Assembly (NCBI RefSeq): GCF_006345805.1
Contig: NC_043002.1
Coordinates: forward strand, 45,074,001 to 45,138,000
Length of the DNA: 64,000 nucleotides
Reading direction: 5' to 3'
Origin: Octopus sinensis
Taxonomy: Eukaryota
Below are positions 12,560 to 26,339 of this stretch, in pieces; the first letter of the stretch is position 1; every line of letters begins with the position of its first letter. The notes beneath the pieces are model-generated. The model saw nothing but the letters and a program-made list of their open reading frames with translations. It had not been told where the DNA came from and did not search any database. Made by a program: the position numbers and the translations under genes.

Positions 12560-14055
12560 ATAATCCACCCTCATGTTATGCAACATTTGTTTCATCCAAG
12601 TATAGTGTTGCGTCTACTCTGAAGTGAACCATAATAGTAAGCTTCTAGTCTCGGCTTACTTTCACTTTCTATTCCTGAGCAATTCGGTGAGTCACTGTGA
12701 ATACTTCACCGCAGCTACGAATAAAAAGAAGTTGATAAGATCAAGAAATTCCCTTAACAGCTCCAGCGAGTGGCTAAAGAAGATTCTCGGATAACTGTTA
12801 CTTATCTCTTTTCGAGTGGTACTACATCTTAGTCGACCATATGAACGAGGAAAAGCAGAAATAAGGCACCAAACAAGTAATTACTGGAACTCGTGACTAT
12901 ACCCCAAATAATCATTTGCTAGACGAGGAAGTGAAAGCCTTCTTGCTGTTTGACTGCTGTTGAACACGCGATAAGCAAATCATTGAGACATTTATATATG
13001 AAGAGAAAACGTCAGATGATGTCATCACCATATCTCTGAAATTCGTCTTGCAGAGTCTAACAGTCACCAACGTGATTATCGCCTTGAAAATAACGAAATA
13101 GCTCCAGCCTTTGTGTGGGCCTGTGTGCGCTCTGTTTGTGCAGTATTTAAAAAGGAACAATATTCTGCAAGTAAGGTTCGAGTAAAAATTTTGGATGGTG
13201 CTGGTATTCAGTGCATGACAGTCACCTCAATGATACCAATTGCCTGGTGTCTTTATAGAAACCATATCGTTGCTATTATACAAAAGTGTCATCAATCCAA
13301 AACGTAGCTTTTTCAGAAAAAGAAAAAGTAGTTTCACCATTCCATAGCAAAACCGTTGTACTACACTGTGACAATTTTCTTATCTTGGCATCTGAAGCAG
13401 CCGGCAATACGATAGTTTGACCAAAACAACCGGCTATTGCAAGTAAAAATAAATATTGAAAAAATGCATTTGGCCAAATTTGGACATACGACTGTTTAAC
13501 ATGATAGTAGCGATATGTATTTGTGACAATTGTTCTTGAAGTGGCGTAGTATTCCGGATTTGAAGAAATGAGCGAAGTCATATTTGGCAATCTTCAACAG
13601 ATCCGGATCGAGACATTGGGGTTAATTTGATGTTGGTGGTTGTTATGCCAGTTCCCGTTAGCTGTACTCTGGCTGTGTGATGTCTGGTTACGGATGAAGT
13701 CTGCTATATCTTGATATCTTGTTGCTACTATTAAAACTGGGATGACTGAAGTCATATTAATGGTAACACTTCCTTGTACAGTCAGCTTCATTGTGGAGTC
13801 GATAAACTGATGATATTTAGTATCTACTAACTGAACAAGCTGTTGGGGGAAGTTAGCTACAATGATAAGGATAGGGCTAGGCAACTCAGCAACGACGAAT
13901 GCCCATCTGAAAAGCCGTCTTAGTCTAATTATTTGATGTAATATGTCAACTAAAATAAGTGACGAGTCGAAACGGCCAGGAAGAGTTGTCGGCTCTATAT
14001 ATTGCAGAGTATGTTTCCCTCGTTCGAACGAGGTCGATACAACAGTCACCAAATT
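12560..14055 (-). mobile_element. Decayed Gypsy (Ty3) pol remnant
   Basis: RLRRLFRWAFVVAELPSPILIIVANF..LVDTKYHQFIDST matches the Gypsy retropepsin region. LLWNGETTFSFS resembles the RT connection domain. A PPT-like GAGGGTGGA lies near 12566-12574. Confidence 0.65.
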
Positions 14056-14059
14056 TTGA

Positions 14060-14464
14060 ATTTATAGATATATTGTAATGTTACATTGGAAAAACATTAT
14101 CTCTACATCAGAAACTTGGCTGTTAAATCAGAAACATGATAGTTCAACAAAGAAGATGGTTTGTTCGAAAATCAGAGGTCATCAATGTGGAAGATAAATG
14201 ATAACAAAGACGCCAACAATATTTATTCCGTTATTTTCCATTTGCTATACAAAATCAGTTTTCCAGTCTATAGTAGCACTAGACATTAAAGTACTAAACA
14301 GCAAATGTTTTTAGAATAGTAGTGAAAACAAGCTAGAAATTTTAAAATGTAGAGAGTAAAAAATGAAAATTAAAATCTGACAATAAGTTGCCTTTAGGCA
14401 ACTTTCAATATACAACATTAATAAAAGTTTAGATAGGCATATGTTGTCAAAAGAGTCCATACGT
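14060..14464 (-). pseudogene. LRR remnant, probable middle of the TLR pseudogene
   Basis: IRMDSFDNICLSKLLLMLYI, MENNGINIV and TLMTSDFRTNHL fit LxxLxLxxNxL/IxxxxFxxL patterns. Confidence 0.45.
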
Positions 14465-16520
14465 ATATAAAGCAGTCTTTTGCCACTTTTGCATCTGTCT
14501 CTGTACAACTGTTGTTACTCTGACAGATATTGTTATATTCCGAAGTTGTCGATAGGATGTTTCGAACTAGCATGGTACGACCCCCAGTCGTACAGTGTTA
14601 TTATCCTCAAAAGACTGGATCATTATAACGTCTGCTCAGTATCATAGTATAATTACTATATCAGCACAGACACGACTATCAATACAGTCTACACGTACTC
14701 TACGTATTCTCTCGATACCGGCCGACGTCACCTTACTTATAGTGACTGGTTCATTCCACTCATCACGTGGCAGGGGTGTACCATTATTACTAATTCCCTA
14801 CATCTTCCCTTTTAAGTTTTTCTTAGGAAGTGTCATTTTATTTAGCAATACTATTTTTATTCACCCTACTTCCCATTTTTGAGTTTTTGTTTTTCGAACG
14901 ATTTAATATTTTTTCTCTTGACATCTATTTTCAGGAATTCTGACTTTTTCTTTTCCTCTCACTTGTGCGCCTGGATTCAATCACCTGCACTGGCGTTGGT
15001 ACTTGGAACGTATCGTGCATCCATTTCATGGGTTCCTCCAACTTCTTTGGTTCGCTTTCCAAGAATCTCTTTTCAGTTGGTTCCTGTGTCTCTTTTGTAT
15101 GCCTTTTTCTACTTTTTTCCCAATACATCATTTTACGTATGTATTTGGTAATTTCGCCCTCTTCTCATTTCTGCTTTCCATTTTTGTATGTTCTCATATA
15201 CACCTTATCACCAACTTTAAAAAATCTTGCTATATCCTCCCAATCACTTTTTCTTTTCTTGCCAGGTAGCAATTTATCAAAAACTGACTCTACTTTCCTT
15301 GTAAACATTAGTTCCACTGGTGAGCTACCTGCTGATGTAATCGAATTTGGTGTTACACGGTACACTCTTAAAAATCGTTGTAGAGCTACCTCATCCGTGC
15401 TCTCCTTATTTGCTTTTCTTAAAGCTCTTTTGAAGATATAAACAAAGCGTTCTGCCTTCCATTAGATCTGAGATGGTATGGCGAACATTTCTGAGGTGGT
15501 TCTATCGCGAACATTTCAAAAAATTATTTTAAATTCGCTAGACATAAATTACATTACATTGTCATCAATTACTTGTCCTCAGGATCGGTGGTTTTGTTTT
15601 GTTTTGTTTTGTTTTTGTTTGTTTTTTGTTTTTGCGGCAAGAATTCACACTTTGCCTCCACAGCAAAGAGAAGTCGCTTAAATCTACTATAAGCCATGAT
15701 GTGCGTTAATCATCAACAAATGTGTGCATGTGCGGATAACAAATCGTTCACCCATGTTACAAAATCTGTACGAACTCTTTGTTTGTCATTCTTCTTTTTC
15801 ACGTAAACCGTCGGTGTTGCCCAGTCTTAGTGGTCATTCTTTTCAATTATGCCAAGACTTTCCAGTTCTTCGTTAACCTGGTCTATTACTGCAAACGTAC
15901 ATTTCTTTTTGGCCTACATACAGGTATTTCGTATTTTACTGCAATTGTTTACTTCAGTCTTTCGGCCTCATTTGGACCTTCGACTGAGACGACTATATGC
16001 CTACACAAAACACTTATGGGTATATCCCATAAATTATATTGTTCTATCCTCTGTATGCCAAATAAATTAAGTGAATGTTTGTTAACTCCTCTACAAGTTT
16101 CTATTAACTACAATTGTATCGGTTAATCCTCGTCGAGTTTATCAATTTCTCGTGAATTGCTTAAATCCTCTTCGAGCGTCTATTAACTCCACGTGAATTG
16201 GTTTATTCTCGTCGCCACACTTATAAAGCAGTCTTTTGCCACTGTAGTATCTGTCTTTGTACGCTCTGTCAGATATTGTTATATTCCGAAGTCGTCGGTG
16301 GATGTTTGTATCTGACACAGTGCAACCCCTAGTTATACAGTGTTATTATCCTCAAAAGGTTGGATCGTTATAACGTCCACTCAGTATCAGAGTATAATTA
16401 CTATATCAGCGCAAACACGACTATCAACACATTCTACTCCTCTCGTTACCGGCCGACATCACCTTACTTATAGTGACTCGTTCTACACGACACGTGGGAG
16501 GATGTGTCATTTTTACAACA
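14465..16520 (-). mobile_element. Internally deleted Gypsy LTR retrotransposon with both LTRs
   Basis: Diverged direct repeats at 14465-14802 and 16222-16520 begin TGT on the minus strand. PBS TGGCGACGAG at 16208-16217; PPT AAAAGGGAAGA at 14803-14813. RT motifs DWATPTVYVKKKND and INAHHGL/RFKRLLF. Integrase motifs PYH.RSNG, YRVTPNSITSAGSSPVELMF and FKVGDKVY. Confidence 0.9.
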
Positions 16521-16980
16521 AATTGAATGTTGTAGAAAATATTATTTAATGAATGTGTTTCAGTTAACGTTTCATTTGAGAGTCACATGTATTCAAGGAA
16601 TTAATGGAACTGAAGTAAATCGAAAAAGAAGATAACGTATGCGTTTTCAAGCTGGTGGAAATATAGTCTGCTAAATGATTTATCGTTCAGTTTTAAATAT
16701 CTTGTGACTTTAAGCAGCTGGAAGTGTGAGAAGAGAATTGCTGATTTTGCTTTGTAAGGTGTTTCACTGAAAAAAATTATTGCTAGATTTACTGAATGCT
16801 GAGTAAATGACTTAAGAGTAGCTTGCTTTTGAATTTCCACTTACATATTCAAAATGGTTGAAAGACAATTGGTCGATTGGTTTAAATAATACTGGTGACA
16901 AAAAGTGTCACCTGTTACATGAGGATATGAATAACATGACTACACAACCTGTTGTTTTGCATCCAATATTTCACCATGTT
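16521..16980 (-). pseudogene. LRR remnant, probable upstream part of the TLR pseudogene
   Basis: LSPVLFKPIDQLSFNHF, SNSLLTLPAA and RIRYLLFRFTSVPLIP, with stops. Confidence 0.35.
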
Positions 16981-17464
16981 GAAATTTCATGAACTCCTTA
17001 TTTTCATTCCAGTGTATCTAGCAAGTAATATTCCCTTTTTACTTTTAACACACAATGCATTTCCTGTATGTTACAGAATATATCAGGGTGAAACGCTGTA
17101 ATCTAACCTAGTATCTGAATATTTTTATTTAATTTGACCTCAATGTGGAGTCGCGCAGTTATCCCCCTCAGGAATGGATATTCATTTTACCATTTTATCT
17201 TTTCTTGTAAGCTTTTGACAATATTTTACATTTCTTTCTCGGCATGGCTCTATCGTTGAGAAGCTCATTTACCACCAAGTGGCTTATGCACACACATACA
17301 AACGTCTGCGTGTCTATGTGCTTGTATGTATGTAACTGTGTGTATGTATGTATGTATGTATGTGTGTATGTGTGTATGTATGTATGTATGTATCTGTGTA
17401 TGTATGTGTGTATGTATGTATGTATGTATGTATGTTTGTATAGGCTTTGTGTCTATAGTAGTAA

Positions 17465-18135
17465 TGCGGCGAGCTGGCAGAATTGTTTGCACGCCGGCCA
17501 AATACTTAACGGCATTTGTCCGTCTACACGTTCTGAGTTCATATTCCGCTGAGATCGACTTAGCCTTTCATCTTGTCGCAGTCGATAAAATAAGTACCAA
17601 TTGAGTAGTGGGATCGACGTAACCGACTCATCCCATCACTCGAAATTGCTGGCCTTATGCCAACATTTGAAACCAATGCTATAATTATCAGTAAGATGGT
17701 AAACTGGCAGAATCGTTATCATGAAATGCTTTGCGGCATTTCGTCCGTCTTTATAATCTGAGTTCAAATTCCGCCGAAGTAGACTTTACCTTTCATTCCT
17801 TTCTAAATCGATAAATTAAGTACCAGTGAAACACTTGGGGTCGATGTAAACGACTAGTCCCCTCCCCCAAAATTTCAGACCTTGTGTCTTTAGCAGAAAG
17901 GATTATTATTAGTAAGGTGGCAAGATGGCAGAACTGTTAGCATACCCGGCAGAATATATAGTGGCATTTATTCCGTCTTTACATTCTGAGTTCAAATTCT
18001 ACCGCAGTTGGCTTTATCTTTCATCCTGCCGATGTCGATAAAATAAGTACCAATCGAGTACTAGGATCGATGTAATCCACTCCAAAATTCAATCCGAAAT
18101 TTCTGGCCCTATACCATAATGTGTAACCAATATTT
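17465..18135 (+). mobile_element. Three head-to-tail OR-type SINEs (17465-17680, 17692-17910, 17915-18135)
   Basis: Each unit has CTGGCAGAAT..., TTCTGAGTTCAAATTC, CTTTCATC, GATAAAATAAGTACCA and GATCGATGTAA. Confidence 0.85.
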
Positions 18136-18329
18136 GAAGCTAATTCTGCGGTAGATGTAGTTCATTTTTAACTAGGTGGATTTGGGACAATATACCACGC
18201 CGCCCAGAAGTCGAATGTCAAATAACTTAATCATACGCTAACGCGCTTTCACAGACACACTTAGACCTCTTTGAGAAAGGTGGCTTGATCACAATTGGAT
18301 TGCTTTTGATGATAGATCAACTCAACGAG

Positions 18330-18640
18330 ACTGGTTTGGTATTAAGGAGAAAGTTGAAATTAAGAAGGTATTTAGTTTCAGAGTTCTTAGTACGTATGAT
18401 TCATTCCTGTCTTGTAAGTTCAAATTTGAGATGAGTTTATAGTGTATCTTATTAATATCCTCAAGTGCGGTATCCTTTGCATGTTTACAGTTGGTATTTA
18501 ATTCCTTCAAAGTAAGTTTATCGTAGGTATCACAAGGCATTGAGTAAATGTTGCCCATTTTATCGGAGAGCACGTGTTGATTAGATGATCGTTTTATTTT
18601 TGATATAATTCCTGAGAGCATTTTTCTAACATGTAACCCA
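18330..18640 (-). mobile_element. Decayed PLE GIY-YIG remnant
   Basis: GNIYSMPCDTYDKL (cf. NVIYxIPCxxCxxxYIG) and NESYVLRTLKLN (cf. ESxxIxxxxPxLN). Confidence 0.5.
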
Positions 18641-19933
18641 AAACTCTTTAAATGCCTATTACTATACCATATTAAAAATTTTTTTAAAACGTTTTGTATC
18701 TATATTCCACTATTATTTTTATCTATATTCTATTATTAGTATGCTTATATATATATATATACCTATTTGTCCATGTATATTTTTAGTATTCATATATTTT
18801 TTATATCTAATATATCAATATATGTTCAGTTCGGAAGATCCTTATTTTATTTTAACTAAACCCGTATATGTATTGTGTTAATCGTAGTCTGCCTGATTTG
18901 AACTTTGCTCCTTTCTTATGGGCAGAATCGACACCACTGCTATATAGTTAATGGCATAATGGAAGTTATTGTTTCTTTAAAAGTGAAGGTAGAGTATAAT
19001 TTGCATAGGTTTGCATGAAAATGCTTTCTGTTCTTAAGAAGGATCACAGACTATGTATTGTTTCATCGTATAAAAGAAGGTTAATACGATTTTGTTAAGA
19101 AATCACGTTTTCAAAATTTTAATCCCCACCCCCGCCCTATCCTCACCGTAGTTTAATTTGTAAATTTTTCTATTTGTTTTTTTTGTTATCTACGTAGAAA
19201 AATTCAAAGATTACGAATCTGGGAAATGCATATATTTTTTATAGTTAAATTTTTCTTAAAGAAATACTCAATGCTCCTTCCTCCACCTCGCTCACCCATC
19301 GCCTACTCGCTTTCACTCTTGTCTGATGTTTCCCGCATACTTAGAATTGTACTGAAATAGCAAACTTAAAAAATACCAGATCATCATTAGAAAACTCGAC
19401 ATGCTAGAAAAAACAGGTAAACGACATTATTTCTGAAGAAACTTCCCTGCTTTCCAAAAAGCTAAAAGTAAAACATTGGAAGTGTGTAGCTTTTTAAAGT
19501 GGTAAAATTCTTAAGTATTCGTACTCTGTTTGTTTTTTAGGGGTTTTTTTTTCCATATCAAGAAAAATATTTGATAAAAGTAAAAATAGATTTGGTGCGG
19601 AGAGGGAGAAAATTAAGATATTGTCTGAGAGTGAAATCCTAATGTCCTGTATCGCAAACATAGGAATAGTAAGAAATTTAGGAATAAAATAAGACGAGGG
19701 AGCGGAAGTGTTGCCTCTGGCATGCTAGAAAGAAGAGGTAAAGGACAGGATTTCTGGGTAAACTTTCTTTTGAGTTTATGTCGAAGATCAGGTTTTTAAA
19801 TACGCTCATCACAAACACAAATTACACAATAGAAAAAGATGATTTCAATTGGATTTGAGCTTTAAATTTTCTGGTGTACAGTGCAAGAAAGAACATAATT
19901 CGTACAGACGTTTTACCTAGAGTGCGTGTGTGT

Positions 19934-19985
<52 letters not shown>

Positions 19986-20819
19986 GTGACAAAGGAAGTT
20001 ATTTTATGGCATTCTTTCGCTTGAAGAAGCAAAATTGTCAACTCGACATATATGGGATCATTAATTTCCGTAAAATTATTTTAATTTCTTTATGCTTTGA
20101 AGAGAGCAGAAATTGAAAGAGAGGATAAAGTGAAGTGAAAAAGCGACATTTGCTTTAAAGTGAGAGGAGAAAGTGAAAGATGTACGTGTATATGAAATGG
20201 ACGTGTGTATGTGTGTGAGAGAGTGAGTGAGTGAGTGATGGTGTGTGTTATGAATTTTTTGCATGTATGTGTAAGTGTCACTCAATTGCTCTCTCTCTCT
20301 CTCTTTCTCATACACACATTATCTTTCATATACAGGTACATAAGTAGGCGGAGGTAAAGAATACCTACACCACCCGTTTTCGGCGTAACTCTAACCCTAA
20401 CCACTGGGTGTGCATATTCTTTACCTTCGCCCATAAATACGTATGAATACATCTTTTTGTGCGTGAGAGAGAGAGTGTGACTGTATTTCCTCATAACATG
20501 TACAGAAATGGATGTCTTTTAATGCAAATGTTTTGGTTGTGGCTTATTTTAAAACAATATTTATGTATACATTTTCATAAATGCTTGTCCGAGTAGAATT
20601 CTACGCATGCGTGAAACATCGGACGAAAGTGAATCATTACAAGCAAATTGAAATATTGTCCGAAAATGACCTCAAAATTGTGCGACCCGCGTAGTTGCCG
20701 AGATTATTTTAGTTGTAAAAAAGAGTTGCTGAATGAAAAACATGTTTATTTGATAGAAACGAAGGATCGCAGCGACTATGTTTCGTTATAACTCTCAAAG
20801 TTGTCAACGAACTGTTATC

Positions 20820-22215
20820 AATTTCAAAATTTCATTGTTTTTTTCTTTTTTTCCTTAAAAGTTCAAATAAATATTTTTCTCAATTACAGTCTTTACAGAA
20901 TATATATCGACTTACCTCTTTCTGTCTCTCACAATGTCTTTCACTATGCAACCTTTTACGTTGGGGTGTCCCATCTCACTATAATTTTCTTTTTGTTTGT
21001 GTTTTTTCATGTTGTCTCTTTTTGTTCCTATTTTCCTGCTGTTTTGTGTGTTCTTACATTTTCGTCTCTAAGTCTGTGTGTTTGTGTATTTGTGTGCCTG
21101 TGTGTTCGTTTGACTGTAACTCTGCGTGTTTCGTCTGAGTGTCTTTGCTTTTATTTTTAGGTTTCCGTAATTCTGGGTTGTTTTGTTTCTGGTCTGAATG
21201 ACTCTGTACCTTTAATTCCTTTGCTGGTACTACCGCTGGTAAATTTTCTCCGTTTCTCGTCGTGAGTTGGGTTTCGTCTTCCATTCTTTTACTCTTCTTC
21301 AAGTCCACTGTCGTTGGTGACTTTCTTCTCTCTCGTTTCCTGGGTTTTACCTCCGCAAAATTCCCATCATATTCTATTTTTTTTGTTTCTGCTCTATTTC
21401 CACCACTATATCTTCCTGAGCAATTTTCTTCCACCATTTCTACTGCTTCTCTAGGGCATTTCCTTCTCGAGTGCCCTCTTTCACTACATCCGTAACATTT
21501 TGGAGGTCTCCTCTCCAACATTACTTCAAGTTTTTCACCGTTTGGTAATTTCACAATTTCACCATTTCATCGTAATATTTTGGGTTTACTGCACAGATTA
21601 TATCAATACCATAGCCCCTCCAATTCAATTGTGTTCTGCTTACTATGCCAATCCTTAAATCTTCTCCATTCTTCCTCAGCTCTGAATTAAATGTTGCGGA
21701 TATTACTCATTCTGGGTCTATCGACGGTGGGATTCTTCCCACCCTGTCCCTGACAATTCTTTTGTCCCAACAGTTCGGCATCAACGTCCATTTTACTCCC
21801 GTTAACATCATGTTGCCGGATATTTTTTCGCCTCCTCTTCTGAAAGAAAGGTTACTACTATAGTTCCATATCTTCTTCGTCTTGTAAAGAAAGTTATCTT
21901 TTCTCCCATGTTTACCTCCAACATTTCCTTTATCTCTTTCTGCGGCGCGTGTTCTATTTTATTTTCATTCGAAAATGTTCTGAATATTACCGTCTTGCTT
22001 TCCATTTTTCTCCTTTCCTCCTCTGGCTGGGTCATTTTTATGACCCTTTTTTCTTTACATTCTCACAATATTTAGTTATCTTCTCTTCCTTCCACTCCAT
22101 CATCTCCAGCTTCAGCACACGTGGGTCTATGGCATCTCGACCTCCAGTAGCTTCTGTGTAACTCTTCTATTCTTCAATTATTCACTTCCAATAAAAAATG
22201 GCGGCTTCGCTCAAA
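20820..22215 (-). mobile_element. ORF1-only L1/Tx1-like (HAL1-like) retroelement, disrupted
   Basis: N-terminal KTVIFRTF...FFTRRRRYGTIVVTFLSEEEAKKY (RRM-like); zinc knuckle CYGCSERGHSRRKC; charged tail; A-rich 3' end; no endonuclease or RT downstream. YY1-type CGCCATTTT motif at 22195-22203. Confidence 0.7.
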
Positions 22216-22326
22216 AATTCGGCTAGACTCCTCCCAAAAAATAGTGGGTTGGTAACTGTTGATACTTATTCGCCTTTGAAAACATATATATTTTAAGTGA
22301 AATACATTCACTGATGTTGAGATAAG

Positions 22327-22372
<46 letters not shown>

Positions 22373-22999
22373 GGCGGGCTTCTTTCAGTTTCAAGCAACT
22401 ACGTAGTTACATCAAGCGATATAATAAATATCAAAACTTCCATCGCCTCCGATGCGCTAGTGAGTTTAGAATGATAAAAACATAGTACGTTATTAAATAA
22501 TACTCTTAACCCTTATCTTGAAGATGCTATCTTCAACGCACCACTTGCAACATCATGTAAATATATTGAATACATAATTTGAAAAGCGATCTGCTCCAAT
22601 TTTAAAAGGATTATATACGCTATACTCTATTAAAAGTATAATTGAAGTTCTCGCATGAGTGCTAGCATAGAATTACATACCTACTTCAGATAATGATATT
22701 TATTAGAGTGCAAAACCAAAATAATCGATCTCATTGTTTACGTAATAATCTGAATTGAGTTTTTACCGTATGATTAAATTTCGCTTACTTTAAATGTTTC
22801 GAAAGTATCTGAAAATATTGCAAGTTAGATTCAGAGAAATTAAGTCTAATATTCCATCTTTGAAAAATACATTTCAATGATAAAAATATAAATATCATGG
22901 TTAGATTCTTAAAGTATTATCAAACTGACATTTTAGATTTTCCGCTTTTTTATATATACGGAGCAATTTTAGTGTCATTCATAATCTATATATTCCTCA

Positions 23000-23948
23000 A
23001 ATATAAAGCTTGATTTAGATAGTGGCACCTACAGACCATACAGCAAACCGAATGATAGGCTATCATACATTAATATAGCCTCCTGTCACCCACCCATAGT
23101 GTTCAAAAACATAATAAAAGGTATCAGTAAACGGATCTCGATCTTATCTTCAAATAAATATATTATCGACGCAGCGGCTCCCGCTTACAATGAGTCGCTA
23201 GCGGCCAGCGGATTCAAGGACCAGATAGTATGTACACCAGAATTGAGTAACCATAAAAGGAAGCGCCACCGCAAGACCTTATGGTTCGCTCCCCGCTCTC
23301 CCTAAACGTCCGGACATGCGTAGGTAAGATTTTTCTTCGGATAGTTGATAAGCATTTCACGCGGTGATACAAATATAGAAAGATCTTTGATAGACCTAAT
23401 TTAAGAATCTCTTTCATTTGTGCACCCAATGTTAAGAAAAAAATTACTTAGCGCTCCTAAACCATGAGGCAGGTTGTTCATGCAGATTAGATATGAATGC
23501 CCAGTGGACGGCCAGTGTAACACCGAGGCTAAAGTGCATCAAGCAAAGGTAGCCTAAAACAGAAGCAGCACAAACATCAGTAACATCAATGCCAACACAG
23601 GGACACACTAAAATTTATGTTGGATCTTCTGAATCCAAATTTAAAATTCGCCTGAATAACCACGGATCTTTTTTCAGTGTCCCGGACCGGAGAGACGCAA
23701 CACAATAGCACTCGCAGCATAACACTCGCCTAAAGGACGATCATACGCCCTTTAACATCAGGTGAAAATTACTGGAAACTTGTGGACCTTATCGCGATGG
23801 AACAAGATTATGTAAATTGTGTATGACAGAAAGATATATAATCCTTATGAACTCACATGAGCCAGGAGGCTACCTGAACTCTAGGACGGAAGCTGTAGGG
23901 AGTTGTCCATATTTTCGGAAATTTTTACTTTAAAGTTGGAAAACCTAG
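23000..23948 (+). mobile_element. 5'-truncated Penelope-like element (RT thumb and GIY-YIG), disrupted
   Basis: YRPYSKPNDRLSYINIASCHPP, KTLWF.P, YRKIFDR, CPVDGQC, FYVGSSESKFKIRLNNH, CKLCMTERY, LNSRTE. Confidence 0.9.
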
Positions 23949-24109
23949 CTATCAAAGGAAGGAAGACAATTCGTCCGGCCATAATTTTTTAAGAGGAATA
24001 TCTTTTGAACTATCACCGGTGTTCTTGTGTTTTAGAAAAACATTCTTTGGAGAGAACAGTTATCGTTTAGAGATCTCTAGTTCACGCTAACTGTTATGTT
24101 ACACAAACA

Positions 24110-25215
<1,106 letters not shown>

Positions 25216-25240
25216 AATAATTGGGTATACAAACCTGCTG

Positions 25241-25535
25241 TCCGTTTCTTGCTCGTAAAACCTGCAAGCAGTCAATCTATTTAGTTGAGAAATTTAATTG
25301 TCTACTGAAATGAAATTCAGTTTGCAAAAGGCAATAGGAATTCGACCAGACAAGATTATCTTCAAAAGCAATAAAATTACTTTATCAACGATAGCAAATA
25401 GATCTTTCAGCTATTTAGGATTTAGAGGTGAATTACTTAAACAGATCTGATTTTAGATTTATATTCGAAGTTTGAGAAATATATCTTTTTCAAACAACAG
25501 AATTTTAATTGCTCAAGGGCTATCAGATTATTAGA
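25241..25535 (+). pseudogene. LRR coding remnant (tentative)
   Basis: One frame with stops: SVSCS*NLQAVNL...KIIFKSNKITLSTIANRSFSYL...LKQI*F*IYIRSLRNISF, giving three LRR-like periods. Confidence 0.35.
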
Positions 25536-25704
25536 TAGATTATAACGTGTAAAATCGATTGCGACAGCATTAGGGGATACATTTTCGATTATATATTTTT
25601 AGGCAAATAATGAGAGATATCTCTAGATATAATTCTTAGGTTTACAATTTTATCGGAAAAGATGTAACTTTTCTGTCTTGTATTAATAAAACAAAATTCA
25701 CTAA

Positions 25705-25780
25705 CGGGTGTGGTTATGTAGTTAAGAAGCGCACTTGCAACCACGTCGTTTCGGGTTCAATCCCACAGTGCAGCACCAAA
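25705..25780 (+). mobile_element. SINE tRNA-like head fragment
   Basis: GGTGTGGTTATGTAGTTAAGAAGC...GGGTTCAATCCCACAGTGCAGCACC, with A-box and B-box-like motifs. Confidence 0.6.
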
Positions 25781-26339
25781 CGAAACAGGTAAATTTTTTT
25801 GCGATTAACAACGGAATTGGTTTGAATTAAACTCGTAACGAAATGTTCATGCAACAAATGTCCAAACTTAATAAGCAACAAACTTGAAAGAATAAGCATT
25901 ATCGTAGTCCAGAAGAGGAAAATAATTTACTGTAGCTATAAAGTATCAACAAACTAATGAGTCTTTAGTCGCAAACCCTGGTCTGGTTTGTGCAACTGGT
26001 AATCTCCTTGTTGACATAATGTTCAAATTTTACCTAAGTTAGGTTTTGTCTTTCAGCCGCCTGAGGTTAATGTAGTTATCATTATATTTATATGGGGCAA
26101 ATACATAGATAACAAATGATTTAATATGCCTAATCTATCCGTCAGAACCGGATGAAGCTGTACAACAAAAGCAGCCGAAATATAGTCTTGAGATTATGAA
26201 TTACAGTTTGGTGGATCTCAGTAAAGTAAAACAAGTAGTACACGATAATCGGAAAATTTAAAGTAAAATATAAGCAGTTTATTGTTCATTGATACCTCAC
26301 AGTGTATTTTAGTCGATGGATAGATATAGGTTGAATTGA

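Noticed and set aside
17465-18135. CRISPR-like or satellite array
   Set aside because: The units are ~220-bp diverged SINEs with no repeat-spacer structure, and the context is eukaryotic.
26149-26190. Hammerhead-like CGGATGA-A-GCTG..CAGC-C-GAAA-TATAGTC
   Set aside because: The core is mutated and stem I is absent. It is probably a dead PLE hammerhead and is not reported as functional.
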